The position numbers were made by a program, and so were the translations under genes. From an uncultured Spirochaetota bacterium (GTDB taxonomy: Bacteria > Spirochaetota > Spirochaetia > SZUA-6 > Fen-1364): a stretch of 64,000 nucleotides of DNA. Below are positions 1 through 8,773 of this stretch, one piece after another; position 1 is the first letter of the stretch, and every line of letters starts with the position of its first letter. Where the stretch lies: contig CAVTHO010000005.1 of NCBI GenBank assembly GCA_963734545.1, positions 128,001-192,000 on the forward strand, in the 5' to 3' direction. Under the pieces are notes generated by a model. That model worked only from the letters and a program-made list of their open reading frames with translations. It made no database searches and was not told the DNA's origin.

Positions 1-1398
1 CTTGATGACACCCAGGGCCAACGGCCTGCACCATCGCGTTGCCCGACCGCCGTGGCCTCCTCGGGCCCCGCAACGACCTTCAGGCCGCACGCGTTCGCCG
101 TCAGCTGGTTGAGGAAACTGTTTCGCGACCCTCCGCCCACGATGTGGATGACCTTGTTCGGCTTCCCGCTGACCGCGGCGATCTGCTCGCCCACCATGCG
201 GTACTTCAGCGCGAGGCTCTCGTAGACGGTGCGCAGCATGGTACCCCTGTCGGCGGGCGGCTGCTGCCCGGTGCGCCGGCAGAACTCCACGATCGCCGTC
301 TCCATGTTGTGCGGGTTGTAGAAGCCCGGGTCGTCGGGTCGATGAACGCGGCAAAAGGCGCGCCCTGCTCGGTGAGCCGGTTCAGCTCCTCCCACTCCAT
401 CTCACGGCCGTCGCGCGCGCGCCAGACCCTGCGCAGCTCCTGCACCAGCCAGGTGCCCATGCAGTTCTTGAGGAAGCGGATGTTGCCGATGCCGCCCTCG
501 TTGCTGAGGTTGGCTGCCATGGCCTCGGGACCCGTGATCGGCCGGCGCAGGAGCTTGCCGACCAGCGACCACGTGCCCGAGCTGATGATGAGCGCATGCG
601 CGGCGGCGCGCCACCGGCGCGGCGGCATACGCGCTTGCCGTGTCGTGAGATCCCACCGCGACGATCTTCGCGGGGTTCAGTGCCGACCGATTCGGCGAGG
701 CCGGCGCGCAGCGCTCCCACGACCGTTCCCGGCGCCACGATCGAGGGCATGACCCGCGCGGGAATGCCGAGCGCGCGCAGGATCTCCCGGCTCCACTTCT
801 TCCTGCGCGCGTCCATGAGCTGCGTGACGCTCGCCCAGGAGGAATCCACCGCGGTCACACCGCCCAGGTAGTAGGAGAAGAGCGTCGGGGCGGGGAGGAA
901 CCGCACGTCCTTGCGCACCAGGCCCTGCCTGTTGCTCATGAACCAGAGAAGCTGGTTGGAGAGGTTGAAGGGCTGGAAGTGGATGCCGGTGATCTCGTAG
1001 AGGCGCCGCGCGTCCATCCGGGCCTTCACCTGGTCGACCATCCCGTCCAGGCGATGGTCCCGGTAGCAGTACATGGGTCCCAGGGCGACTCCGTCCTCGG
1101 TGACGAACACGCCGTCGGCGCCCCAGGTGTCGATGCCGACGGAGTCAACGCGAGTCGCCGATCTCCCGCCGGTAGGCGCGCAGTCCTTCCACAATGTTGC
1201 GCGTAGATGAGAAGGTCGTTCCAGACGGAGCGCTCCTCCACCCGGCCGGTACGGTCCGCCAGGTGCAGCACGACGGGCTCGTGGCTGAACCTGTGGATCT
1301 CCCTCAGCGACAAACCCGTTGTCGTCGAAAAGACCGGCAAAGCACTTTCCGCCGGACGCCCCGAGGTCCACCGCGATCACTTTCGCATTTGCAGCCAT
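1..1398 (-). CDS. rhaB: Rhamnulokinase / FGGY-family sugar kinase; several frameshifts, runs off the left edge
   Basis: N-terminal IAVDLGASGGK, GIDTWGADG, YCYRDHR, GSHDTASA, SSGTWSLVG and NEGG..RFLKNCMGTWLVQE motifs are spread over three frames (shifts near 1310, 1200, 1150, 680, 600, 315); AGGAG RBS upstream. Confidence 0.85.
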
Positions 1399-1483
1399 GG
1401 CTCACCGCTCCTGGGCCACCCTACCACCGCGCCTGCGTCAAGGCAAGCATTCGGCAAACGCGCGGTACGCGCGGGGGATTGCC

Positions 1484-1512
1484 TTGACCCGCGCCGCGGC
1501 GGCGGGTACTTT
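1484..1512 (+). promoter_or_regulatory. Sigma70-type promoter for the 1527 gene
   Basis: TTGACC (1484-1489), 17-nt spacer, TACTTT (1507-1512). Confidence 0.45.
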
Positions 1513-1526
1513 TTGAAAGAGCCCCC

Positions 1527-2093
1527 ATGAGAACGATCTTCAATCGCCTCGCTGAATCTTTCAGCTCCACGTGGAGGCTCCTGACCGACACGACGAACTT
1601 TCTCAGCCGCATCGGGATACTGGAAAAGTACGAGACGGAGCTCCGCGCCTGGCGCGAGCGGCTTTCGCGCGCCCGGAACGACCAGCTGGCCGTGCACCAG
1701 GTCCGGGACGAGATCGTGGCTGTCCGGCGCCTGCTGCGGGAGCAGGGCCACGACCTGCGCCTGGGCTCGAAGGACATCGCGCTCGAGGGCTTTCGCCATG
1801 ACGATTCGATGGCGGAGGGATTCAGGCGGATGGTCCTGGGCCTCGCGGAGAACGACGTGTACTGGCTGACCGGGGAGGCAAACCATATCGAGCTCGCAGA
1901 AAGGCTGGACCAGGCGTGCCGGGAAAGACGCGGGTGCCAGCCCTTTGCGCTGCATTGCCTGTGGTACCGGTGGAGAAACAATGTGCTCGTGCTCTCGGGC
2001 GCCGCCTCGGAAACGGCGGAGATGTTCGATGAGTTCCGCCTGTACTTCTCGAAAAATCGCGAGTTCCTGCTGAAGAAGCTGTCCCGGCTGTAG
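1527..2093 (+). CDS. Hypothetical protein (188 aa)
   Basis: Natural-looking composition, fills the gap between rhaB and ddl, promoter upstream; no motif recognised. Confidence 0.75.
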   Translation: MRTIFNRLAESFSSTWRLLTDTTNFLSRIGILEKYETELRAWRERLSRARNDQLAVHQVRDEIVAVRRLLREQGHDLRLGSKDIALEGFRHDDSMAEGFRRMVLGLAENDVYWLTGEANHIELAERLDQACRERRGCQPFALHCLWYRWRNNVLVLSGAASETAEMFDEFRLYFSKNREFLLKKLSRL

Positions 2094-2111
2094 CGAGCGC
2101 CCGGGATCGGC

Positions 2112-3212
2112 CTAGGGGATCGTCTTCAAGCCGTGCTCGACCGAATGGCGCTCCATGGCGAGCGCGATAAGCCTGTCCACCAGCTCCCGGTAGGAGACGC
2201 CGCTGGCCTCCCAGAGCTTGGGGTACATGCTGATCCGGGTGAAGCCAGGAATCGTGTTGATTTCATTGACGAGGACCTCGACGTTGTCCCGCAGGAACAT
2301 GTCCACCCGGGCCATCCCCTCGCCGCACAGCACCTTGAATGCCCGCACGGCAAGCGCGCGCACGCGCTCGGTGGTCGGCCCGGTGAGCGCCGCCGGAATA
2401 TGGAGCACGGCGCCGTTTTCGTCGATGTACTTGGCGTCATAGTCGTAAAAGTCGTGGCCGCCCCCCGTGACGATCTCCCCGGGAACGGAAGCGAGCGGTT
2501 CCTGATTGCCCAGCACGGAGCACTCGATCTCCCGGCCGCGGATGTACTCTTCCACGAGGACCTTCGTATCGTACTGGAACGCTTCCGCCACTGCTTTCTC
2601 GTATTGCGCCGCGGTTTCCGCGCGCGCGATGCCCACCGAGGATCCGAGATTCGCGGGCTTCACGAAGACAGGCACGCCCAGGGAGCCGGCCACCGATTCG
2701 AACTCCGGCACCGCGCTTCCGCGCGTCATGACCAGGAACTTCGCGATCGGGATTCCCGCGTCCCGCAGGAGGCGTTTCATCACGTCCTTGTCCATTCCGA
2801 CCGCTGAGCCCAGCACGCCCGCGCCGACGCAGGGCAGGTTGGCAAGCCGGCAGAGCCCCTGCACGGAACCATCTTCCCCATACGGCCCGTGGAGAACGGG
2901 GAAAACAACGTCCAGCTTTCCCAGGTCGCGGTTTTCCGAAACGTCGACCAGGCGACTCTTCTCCCCGCGCGCCATCAGGGCAACCTCCCGGGGTGAATCC
3001 GCAACCAGGTTGGGCAAAGGACGGGCGGAATCGAAGAGAACGCGCGTCTGCTCGTCCAGGTGCCAGCGTCCCTCCCGGTCGATGCCGATCAGGACAGGCT
3101 CGTATTTCTCCCGGTCGAGCGCCTCCAGCACGTTCTTCGCCGACTGGAGGGAGACTTCGTGCTCGGCGGACCTGCCGCCGAACACGACGCCGACTCTGAT
3201 TTTCTTTGCCAT
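2112..3212 (-). CDS. ddlA: D-alanine--D-alanine ligase (DdlA type)
   Basis: GGRSAEHEVSLQSA, FPVLHGPYGEDG, KPANLGSSVG, YDYDAKY, NEINTIPGFT. Confidence 0.97.
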   Translation of the reverse strand: MAKKIRVGVVFGGRSAEHEVSLQSAKNVLEALDREKYEPVLIGIDREGRWHLDEQTRVLFDSARPLPNLVADSPREVALMARGEKSRLVDVSENRDLGKLDVVFPVLHGPYGEDGSVQGLCRLANLPCVGAGVLGSAVGMDKDVMKRLLRDAGIPIAKFLVMTRGSAVPEFESVAGSLGVPVFVKPANLGSSVGIARAETAAQYEKAVAEAFQYDTKVLVEEYIRGREIECSVLGNQEPLASVPGEIVTGGGHDFYDYDAKYIDENGAVLHIPAALTGPTTERVRALAVRAFKVLCGEGMARVDMFLRDNVEVLVNEINTIPGFTRISMYPKLWEASGVSYRELVDRLIALAMERHSVEHGLKTIP

Positions 3213-3287
3213 CGCGCCAGAGTATGCGGAGCGCCGTCTCAGTGTCCAGAACTGAAGGAGAACCGGATCAATCCCGGCGGGCGGAGC

Positions 3288-4646
3288 TCACCCCTTCTTC
3301 CTGTTCCACTCCTCGACCTTCGGCATGATCACGGTATCGTAGAATGTCCGGCTGATCGGATAGAAGGAAAGAACAAGAACGCCCCCGATGAAAAACAGGG
3401 CGCCGATCGGCCCCACGAGGAGCTGGATGCCGAGCTTCGAGGTCTCCGTCTGTTCCACGTTGGCCGCGTATCCGAATGCGGCGAGGACGAGCCCGTTGAT
3501 GAGATTGCCGACGGCGACGCCCACCTTGTTCATGAAGTTCCACACCCCGTAGAAGGCACCTTCCCGGCGTACGCCGTTCTGCGCGTAGTCCAGCTCCACC
3601 GTGTCGGGGATGATCGCGAAGGGCATCACGTAGTTGGTGGAGAAGCCGATGCCGGCGACCGCCATGATGATGTAGAAGAATGTCGGTCCCGCCTGCCGGG
3701 CGAAAAGGAAGATGACGAGGACCGCTGCCGCGACAAGACCCATGCCGAGGTTGTACGCCCACTTCTTTCCGATCCTCTTTGAAAGGAAGGTCCAGATCCA
3801 GATGGAAGGAATGACCGGAATCAGGAGCAGGGCAAGGGCAAGCTCGAGCGAAGCGGCCCCGCCGTAAATGTACTTGAAGTAGTAGATCAGGGCGCCCTGG
3901 ACAATGACCGTCCCGCAGATGTGCAGGGCATACGACGCAAGTGCCATGATGAACGGCTTGTTGCCGAATGCCGCAGCGTAGGTCTTGACGAACCCCTGCT
4001 GATCGCGTGCCTCCTCCACCGTACGCTTCGGCTCCTTCACCGTGAAGACCGTGATCAGGGCCGTGACCAGCATCACGGCGCCCATGATGCCGGCCATGCC
4101 CGACCATCCGCTGTTCTGCTCGGGGAAGAGACCGACGATCTGCCGCACGAGAAGAGCGCCTATGAAGGTGCCCACCACGGCAAAGCTCATGCGGAAGGCG
4201 TTCAGCGTCGTCCGCTCGTCGAAGTCGTGCGTGAGCTCGGGCGTCAGGGCGCCGTAGGGGATGGTCACCATCGTGAATGCGGTGGTGAGCAGGCAGTAGG
4301 CAACGGCCATCCAGATGAAGAGCCAGAGCTGGCTCTCGATGCGGGGGTTCGTGTACTGGAGTATCATCGTGAAGAAGAGAAAAATCGCTCCCCAGAACAT
4401 CCAGGGACGGCGCCGGCCCCAGCGGCTCTTGGTCCGGTCGGAGAGGTATCCCACGGCAGGATCCGTGAATGCGTCACATACCTTTCCGATCGTCATTGCA
4501 ATTCCGGCCAGCCCGGCTCCGAGCATCGCCACATCGGTCATGAAGTTCAGCAGGTAGAAACCCATCATGGTGAAAAACAGGTTCCCGCCAAGGTCGCATA
4601 TCCCGAAGCCCAGCTTTGTCCCAAGGCTCAGTCGCTTGCTTTCCAC
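3288..4646 (-). CDS. Glycoside-pentoside-hexuronide (GPH/MelB-like) MFS transporter
   Basis: DAFTDPAVGYLSDRTKSRWGRRRPW, IPYGALTPELT, RREGAFYG; about 12 hydrophobic segments. Confidence 0.92.
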   Translation of the reverse strand: MESKRLSLGTKLGFGICDLGGNLFFTMMGFYLLNFMTDVAMLGAGLAGIAMTIGKVCDAFTDPAVGYLSDRTKSRWGRRRPWMFWGAIFLFFTMILQYTNPRIESQLWLFIWMAVAYCLLTTAFTMVTIPYGALTPELTHDFDERTTLNAFRMSFAVVGTFIGALLVRQIVGLFPEQNSGWSGMAGIMGAVMLVTALITVFTVKEPKRTVEEARDQQGFVKTYAAAFGNKPFIMALASYALHICGTVIVQGALIYYFKYIYGGAASLELALALLLIPVIPSIWIWTFLSKRIGKKWAYNLGMGLVAAAVLVIFLFARQAGPTFFYIIMAVAGIGFSTNYVMPFAIIPDTVELDYAQNGVRREGAFYGVWNFMNKVGVAVGNLINGLVLAAFGYAANVEQTETSKLGIQLLVGPIGALFFIGGVLVLSFYPISRTFYDTVIMPKVEEWNRKKG

Positions 4647-4819
4647 GTCTCACCCCCTTTTTCCGGCGGGATCTCGACACACGCAGGGTCGATTATGGAA
4701 GCGGCCCGGCGAGTTGTCAACGAGCCTGGCCCCCTGTTTTTTGCATTGTGACTGCCGATAAGATCTGTAGAACCGCGGGCACGCGCGCGGTATTGTTGAG
4801 GGTGCGAGGAGCAGGTCCC

Positions 4820-5230
4820 ATGAAAAGCAGCAAGACTGATTCGATCAAGGCTTCTGCGCTGATCCCGGCGCCGCCCGAGGCGATCTACGCGGCATGGATG
4901 AGCAGCAAGGGTCACGGTGAGATGACCGGCAGCCCGGCCAATGTGACGGCGCGCGCCGGGTCGCAGTTCAGCGCCTGGGATGGGTATATTTCCGGCAGGA
5001 CGCTGGAGCTGAAGCCTCCCTCCCGCATCCTCCAGTCGTGGCGGACGACCGATTTTGCCGAAGAAGAGCCGGATTCGCTGCTGGAGGTCCTCCTGGTCAA
5101 GGCGAAGGGCGGCACGCGCGTGACCCTGAATCACTCGCGCATCCCGTCGGGCCATGGTCCCGAGTACAAGAAGGGCTGGATCGACTTCTATTTCAAGCCG
5201 ATGAAGGAATACTTCGCCAGGAGCAGGTAG
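4820..5230 (+). CDS. SRPBCC/AHSA1 (START-like) domain protein
   Basis: IYAAW...FSAWDGYISG...RILQSWRTTDF...GWIDFYFKPMKEYF; GAGGAG RBS before ATG 4820. Confidence 0.88.
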   Translation: MKSSKTDSIKASALIPAPPEAIYAAWMSSKGHGEMTGSPANVTARAGSQFSAWDGYISGRTLELKPPSRILQSWRTTDFAEEEPDSLLEVLLVKAKGGTRVTLNHSRIPSGHGPEYKKGWIDFYFKPMKEYFARSR

Positions 5231-5911
5231 GTGACCAGGCTTTCGGTACGGCTTCTCCCCCTCCTCCTGTTCGCATTCCTCGACGCATGCGCCACGGTGC
5301 CCCGGCACATCACCTTTGAACCGGCGCCGGCAAAGGCGACCATGGATCCGGCTACCGTTGCCCTCAGGACCAGGCTTGTGGAAGGCGCCCGGTCGATCCT
5401 TGGGAAGAAGCAGCTCGTCATCCGGGGGAGACGCTTCAACATGGATTGCACCGGCGTGGTGCTCGCCATCTACTGGTACGCCGGGATCGATCTTGCGCGG
5501 GACTTCAACAAATTCAAGGGCAACGGGGTCACGCGGATCTACAAGACACTCGAACGGGACAACCTGCTGTATTCAAACGACTATCCGCTCCCGGGGGATA
5601 TCATCTTCTGGGACAACACCTACGACGAGAACGAGGACGCCCGCTGGGACGATCCTCTCTCCCATGTGGGCATGGTGGTAAGAGTGGACGGGGACGGCAC
5701 GATCTCGTACATCCACGATCACATCCGCAATGGGATCACGATCGATTACATGAATCTCCGCAAACCCGACACGTGGAAAAGCGTCGAAAACGGCCACGTC
5801 CGCGTCATCAACTCCCCGATGCGCCTGGCGGCGGCGGGCAAACCGCATCCGCCTGACTGGCTCGCCGGACAGCTCTACCGCGCGTTGGGAATGGCATACC
5901 TGCTGCAATAG
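5231..5911 (+). CDS. NlpC/P60-CHAP-like cysteine hydrolase, probable lipoprotein
   Basis: Signal peptide ending in Cys (LDAC), MDCTG catalytic Cys, PGDIIFWDNTYD, SHVGMV catalytic His. Confidence 0.8.
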   Translation: MTRLSVRLLPLLLFAFLDACATVPRHITFEPAPAKATMDPATVALRTRLVEGARSILGKKQLVIRGRRFNMDCTGVVLAIYWYAGIDLARDFNKFKGNGVTRIYKTLERDNLLYSNDYPLPGDIIFWDNTYDENEDARWDDPLSHVGMVVRVDGDGTISYIHDHIRNGITIDYMNLRKPDTWKSVENGHVRVINSPMRLAAAGKPHPPDWLAGQLYRALGMAYLLQ

Positions 5912-5940
5912 AGGGCAGGCGTATCGATACCAGAGCTGTG

Positions 5941-7617
5941 CTAGGAGCCTTTAGGACGATGGTCCGTCTGATCCGGATAGACGTATCTGCCGGATATCGC
6001 GCTTCGCGCGATGTGCCAGGTCACGGCAGGCAGCCGAACCTCGAAACAGGCACCCCGCTGGGGAAGATTCGACACGCGCACGCACCCTCCATAGCTTTCG
6101 GCGATGGCCTTGACGATCGAAAGCCCCAGCCCTGAATGCGTTCCCTTCTCCTCCCCGGGGCGGAAGCTGAAGAAACGGTCGAAAATCTTCTCCAAATGCT
6201 CCTGCGGAATGCCCGGCCCATCGTCGCACACGCGTATGACGGCCGAGTCTCCCTCATGCGCCAGGAGGACCCGCACACGTCCTCCGTCAGGGGAGAATCC
6301 CGCGGCATTGTCCAGGAGATTCTCCAGGACCTGCTGCAGCCGTCCCGGAGGGACCCGGACGGCAATGGAGCCGCCCTCCATCGTACAGGTCAACGTCTTT
6401 CCATTTGCGCGCCTGCGTACCGAGTCCGCCACCCGGCCGGCGATCTCCCGTACATCCACGGGGCTCTGTGGTCCCTCTTCGGCTGCGCCGCTGTCGATGC
6501 GGGAAATCTCCCGCACGCCGGCAAGAAGCTTCTCCATCCGGCTCACGTCCTGCATCACCATGGAGAGCATCGCCCGGCGCTCCCCGGGCGCGGGGCTCGA
6601 CAGGGCGAGCTCCGCGGCGGACCGGATGGATGCCAGGGGGTTCCTGAACTCGTGAGACACGTCCGCGGCGAATGACTCCAGCAGACGCACGTGGCGCTCG
6701 AGACGCATGGTGAGCTCGCCGAGGCTGCGGGAGAGCTCGCCCACTTCGTCCTTGGCCCGGGAGGGTGAGAACCCGCCCAGGAGCCTCCCACGCGGGTCGA
6801 GAATTGCCTGGGCGCGATCGCGGAGCCTCCGTACCGGTATGGTGATAGTCGCGGACACCAGGAGGCTGAGGACCACCGCGGTCGCGACCGACCAGAGAAA
6901 CAGCCGGAAAATATCCAGGCGCAGCACGTACAGATCGCTGAGGATGCGGTATGTGGATTGGGAGACCAGGACGGCGCCCACAACCGTTCCCCTGCTCAGG
7001 ACGGGTATCGCGCTGTAGAGCGTGACCGACTGCTGCCCTGCCGTGATTCGCGTCTGGGCGCCGTAGCCCCCGGCAAGGGCATCCATGATTTCAGGCCCCG
7101 CGAGCACGCGCGCGCCCGAGTAGTATTCATCCGAGTCGAGAGGCGGCTGCGGGGGCCGCAGATAGCGCCTCCAGAGCCGGACGGGAAACGATGCCAGGCG
7201 GTAGAGGAACGTTTCCTGCGCGGCTCGCGCGGCGGGCTGATCGCCGGCAGGGGCCGTGGCTGCGGCGCCGGAAACGACGGGCATCGCGGTGCTGCCTCCC
7301 TCGGGAGGCAGGTGACTGGAATCCGCGAGCAGAAGGCCACGGGCGTCAAGCACGCGAAGCCGCGCATCGTGTCTCTGTCGAAGGCGCTGCAGGAGCCGGA
7401 CCGCGTTCTGCGGCAGGCCGGGGCCCGCGTCCTCCAGCCCGGCAGCCAGAACCCGTCCCTGCTGTACCAATGAGCGCTCCAGCGATCTCAGGAGCTGCCT
7501 TTCGTACGTGCCCAGCGAAAGCACCCCGGCGATGGGCAGGAACACGATGAGCACATTGAAAGCCAGGACGCGCATCGAGATTCGCGAGAAAAAGGACGAG
7601 GCCCTGCCGCGCATCAT
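5941..7617 (-). CDS. Sensor histidine kinase (ChvG/CreC-like), HAMP-HisKA-HATPase
   Basis: Two TM segments, DVSHEFRNPL H-box, NLLDNA, DDGPGI, GLGLSIV. Confidence 0.93.
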   Translation of the reverse strand: MMRGRASSFFSRISMRVLAFNVLIVFLPIAGVLSLGTYERQLLRSLERSLVQQGRVLAAGLEDAGPGLPQNAVRLLQRLRQRHDARLRVLDARGLLLADSSHLPPEGGSTAMPVVSGAAATAPAGDQPAARAAQETFLYRLASFPVRLWRRYLRPPQPPLDSDEYYSGARVLAGPEIMDALAGGYGAQTRITAGQQSVTLYSAIPVLSRGTVVGAVLVSQSTYRILSDLYVLRLDIFRLFLWSVATAVVLSLLVSATITIPVRRLRDRAQAILDPRGRLLGGFSPSRAKDEVGELSRSLGELTMRLERHVRLLESFAADVSHEFRNPLASIRSAAELALSSPAPGERRAMLSMVMQDVSRMEKLLAGVREISRIDSGAAEEGPQSPVDVREIAGRVADSVRRRANGKTLTCTMEGGSIAVRVPPGRLQQVLENLLDNAAGFSPDGGRVRVLLAHEGDSAVIRVCDDGPGIPQEHLEKIFDRFFSFRPGEEKGTHSGLGLSIVKAIAESYGGCVRVSNLPQRGACFEVRLPAVTWHIARSAISGRYVYPDQTDHRPKGS

Positions 7618-8333
7618 TCTCCGCGCAACCGATAGCCCAGGCCGTAGAGCGTCTCTATCCCGTCGTAGCCGACGTCCAGCTCCTCGAGCTTGCCGCGGAT
7701 GCGCCTGATATGGCAGTCGATCGTTCTGTCGCTCATGTAGGCGTCATGGGGGAAGGCCTCGGCCAGGAGCTGCTCCCGGGTGCGCACGTAGCCCGGCTGC
7801 CGGGCCAGGGCATGCAGGATGCGGAACTCGGTCACCGTGAGCCGCACCGGCGACCCCTTCCACGCGGCGGTGAATCTCTCCGTATCGAGGGTCAGGGACC
7901 CCACCGCCACATTGTCGCCGCCCTCCGGCGCGCGCTCCTTTTCGCCCGCTCTCGCGCCGCTGCGGCGAAACAGCACCTTCACGCGCGCCGCGAGCTCCCG
8001 CAGGGAGAAGGGCTTGCACAGGTAGTCGTCGGCGCCCAGCTCGAGGCCGAGCACCCGGTCGAACTCCTCATCGCGCGAGGTGAGGAACATGATCGGGATC
8101 TCCTGGGAAACACCCCTGATGCGGCGGCAGAGCTCCAGGCCGTCCATGCGCGGCATGATGATATCCAGGATCGCCAGGTCGGGGAGCGATGCCTCGAAGG
8201 ACTGCCAGGCCTCCGCGCCATCCGAGTAGGCGGCGGTCCTGTAGCCCTCTCCCCGCAAAGCGCGGGAGACGGTTTCCCGAAGATGTTCCTCGTCGTCTAC
8301 GATGGCCACGAGCGGCGGAAGGGGAACGCTCAC
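7614..8333 (-). CDS. OmpR-family response regulator (ChvI-like)
   Basis: IVDDE, LDIIMPRMDG, GADDYLCKPF, RTIDCHIRRIRGK, IETLYGLGY; 4-nt overlap with the kinase. Confidence 0.95.
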   Translation of the reverse strand: MSVPLPPLVAIVDDEEHLRETVSRALRGEGYRTAAYSDGAEAWQSFEASLPDLAILDIIMPRMDGLELCRRIRGVSQEIPIMFLTSRDEEFDRVLGLELGADDYLCKPFSLRELAARVKVLFRRSGARAGEKERAPEGGDNVAVGSLTLDTERFTAAWKGSPVRLTVTEFRILHALARQPGYVRTREQLLAEAFPHDAYMSDRTIDCHIRRIRGKLEELDVGYDGIETLYGLGYRLRGE

Positions 8334-8400
8334 CGTGCAAGTTTAGCACGAGGCACGCCCGCATGAGAACCGATTTCGGGCAATACGGCGGGGAAAGGCG

Positions 8401-8442
8401 CGCAACAATTCCGCAACAATTCAAACCTGATAAAACAACAAT
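8401..8442 (+). promoter_or_regulatory. 11-bp-phased direct repeats, probable OmpR-family binding site
   Basis: CGCAACAATTC twice (8401-8422) plus CAACAAT at 8436, in phase. Confidence 0.55.
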
Positions 8443-8500
8443 GCCGTCATGGTGATGTGCGTTCCCTCGCATACGATGTGTGATCGAGAAGGGTACTGCA

Positions 8501-8704
8501 ATGCACACCGCCGAGGGGATCAGAGGGAATCGGAGACACCGGCCCATCCGAAGGATCGTGATTATCGCGATCCTGCTCGCCGTGCTCATCGAGCCTCTTG
8601 TCATGTACAAGGCGCTCGTGGAGGAGCGCGCGCAAAGGAGAACTCTCACGGGCAGCTCGCCCGCGAACCCCGCTCTCATTGCAGGAGATGAGTCGGGCCG
8701 CTGA
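8501..8704 (+). CDS. Small membrane protein (67 aa)
   Basis: One hydrophobic stretch IVIIAILLAVLIEPLVM; GAAGGG upstream; divergent from the two-component system. Confidence 0.55.
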   Translation: MHTAEGIRGNRRHRPIRRIVIIAILLAVLIEPLVMYKALVEERAQRRTLTGSSPANPALIAGDESGR

Positions 8705-8773
8705 CGTCCGCAGCCCTTTGCGCGCGGGCGTGCAGGGAGAGCCGGCTGTCAAACTCGCCGGCAAGGGCCGGCT

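Noticed and set aside
1-1398. rhaB, folD, phoB and others as pseudogenes or programmed frameshifts
   Set aside because: Shifts are scattered, motifs are intact and no consistent slippery sites are seen; sequencing error is simpler
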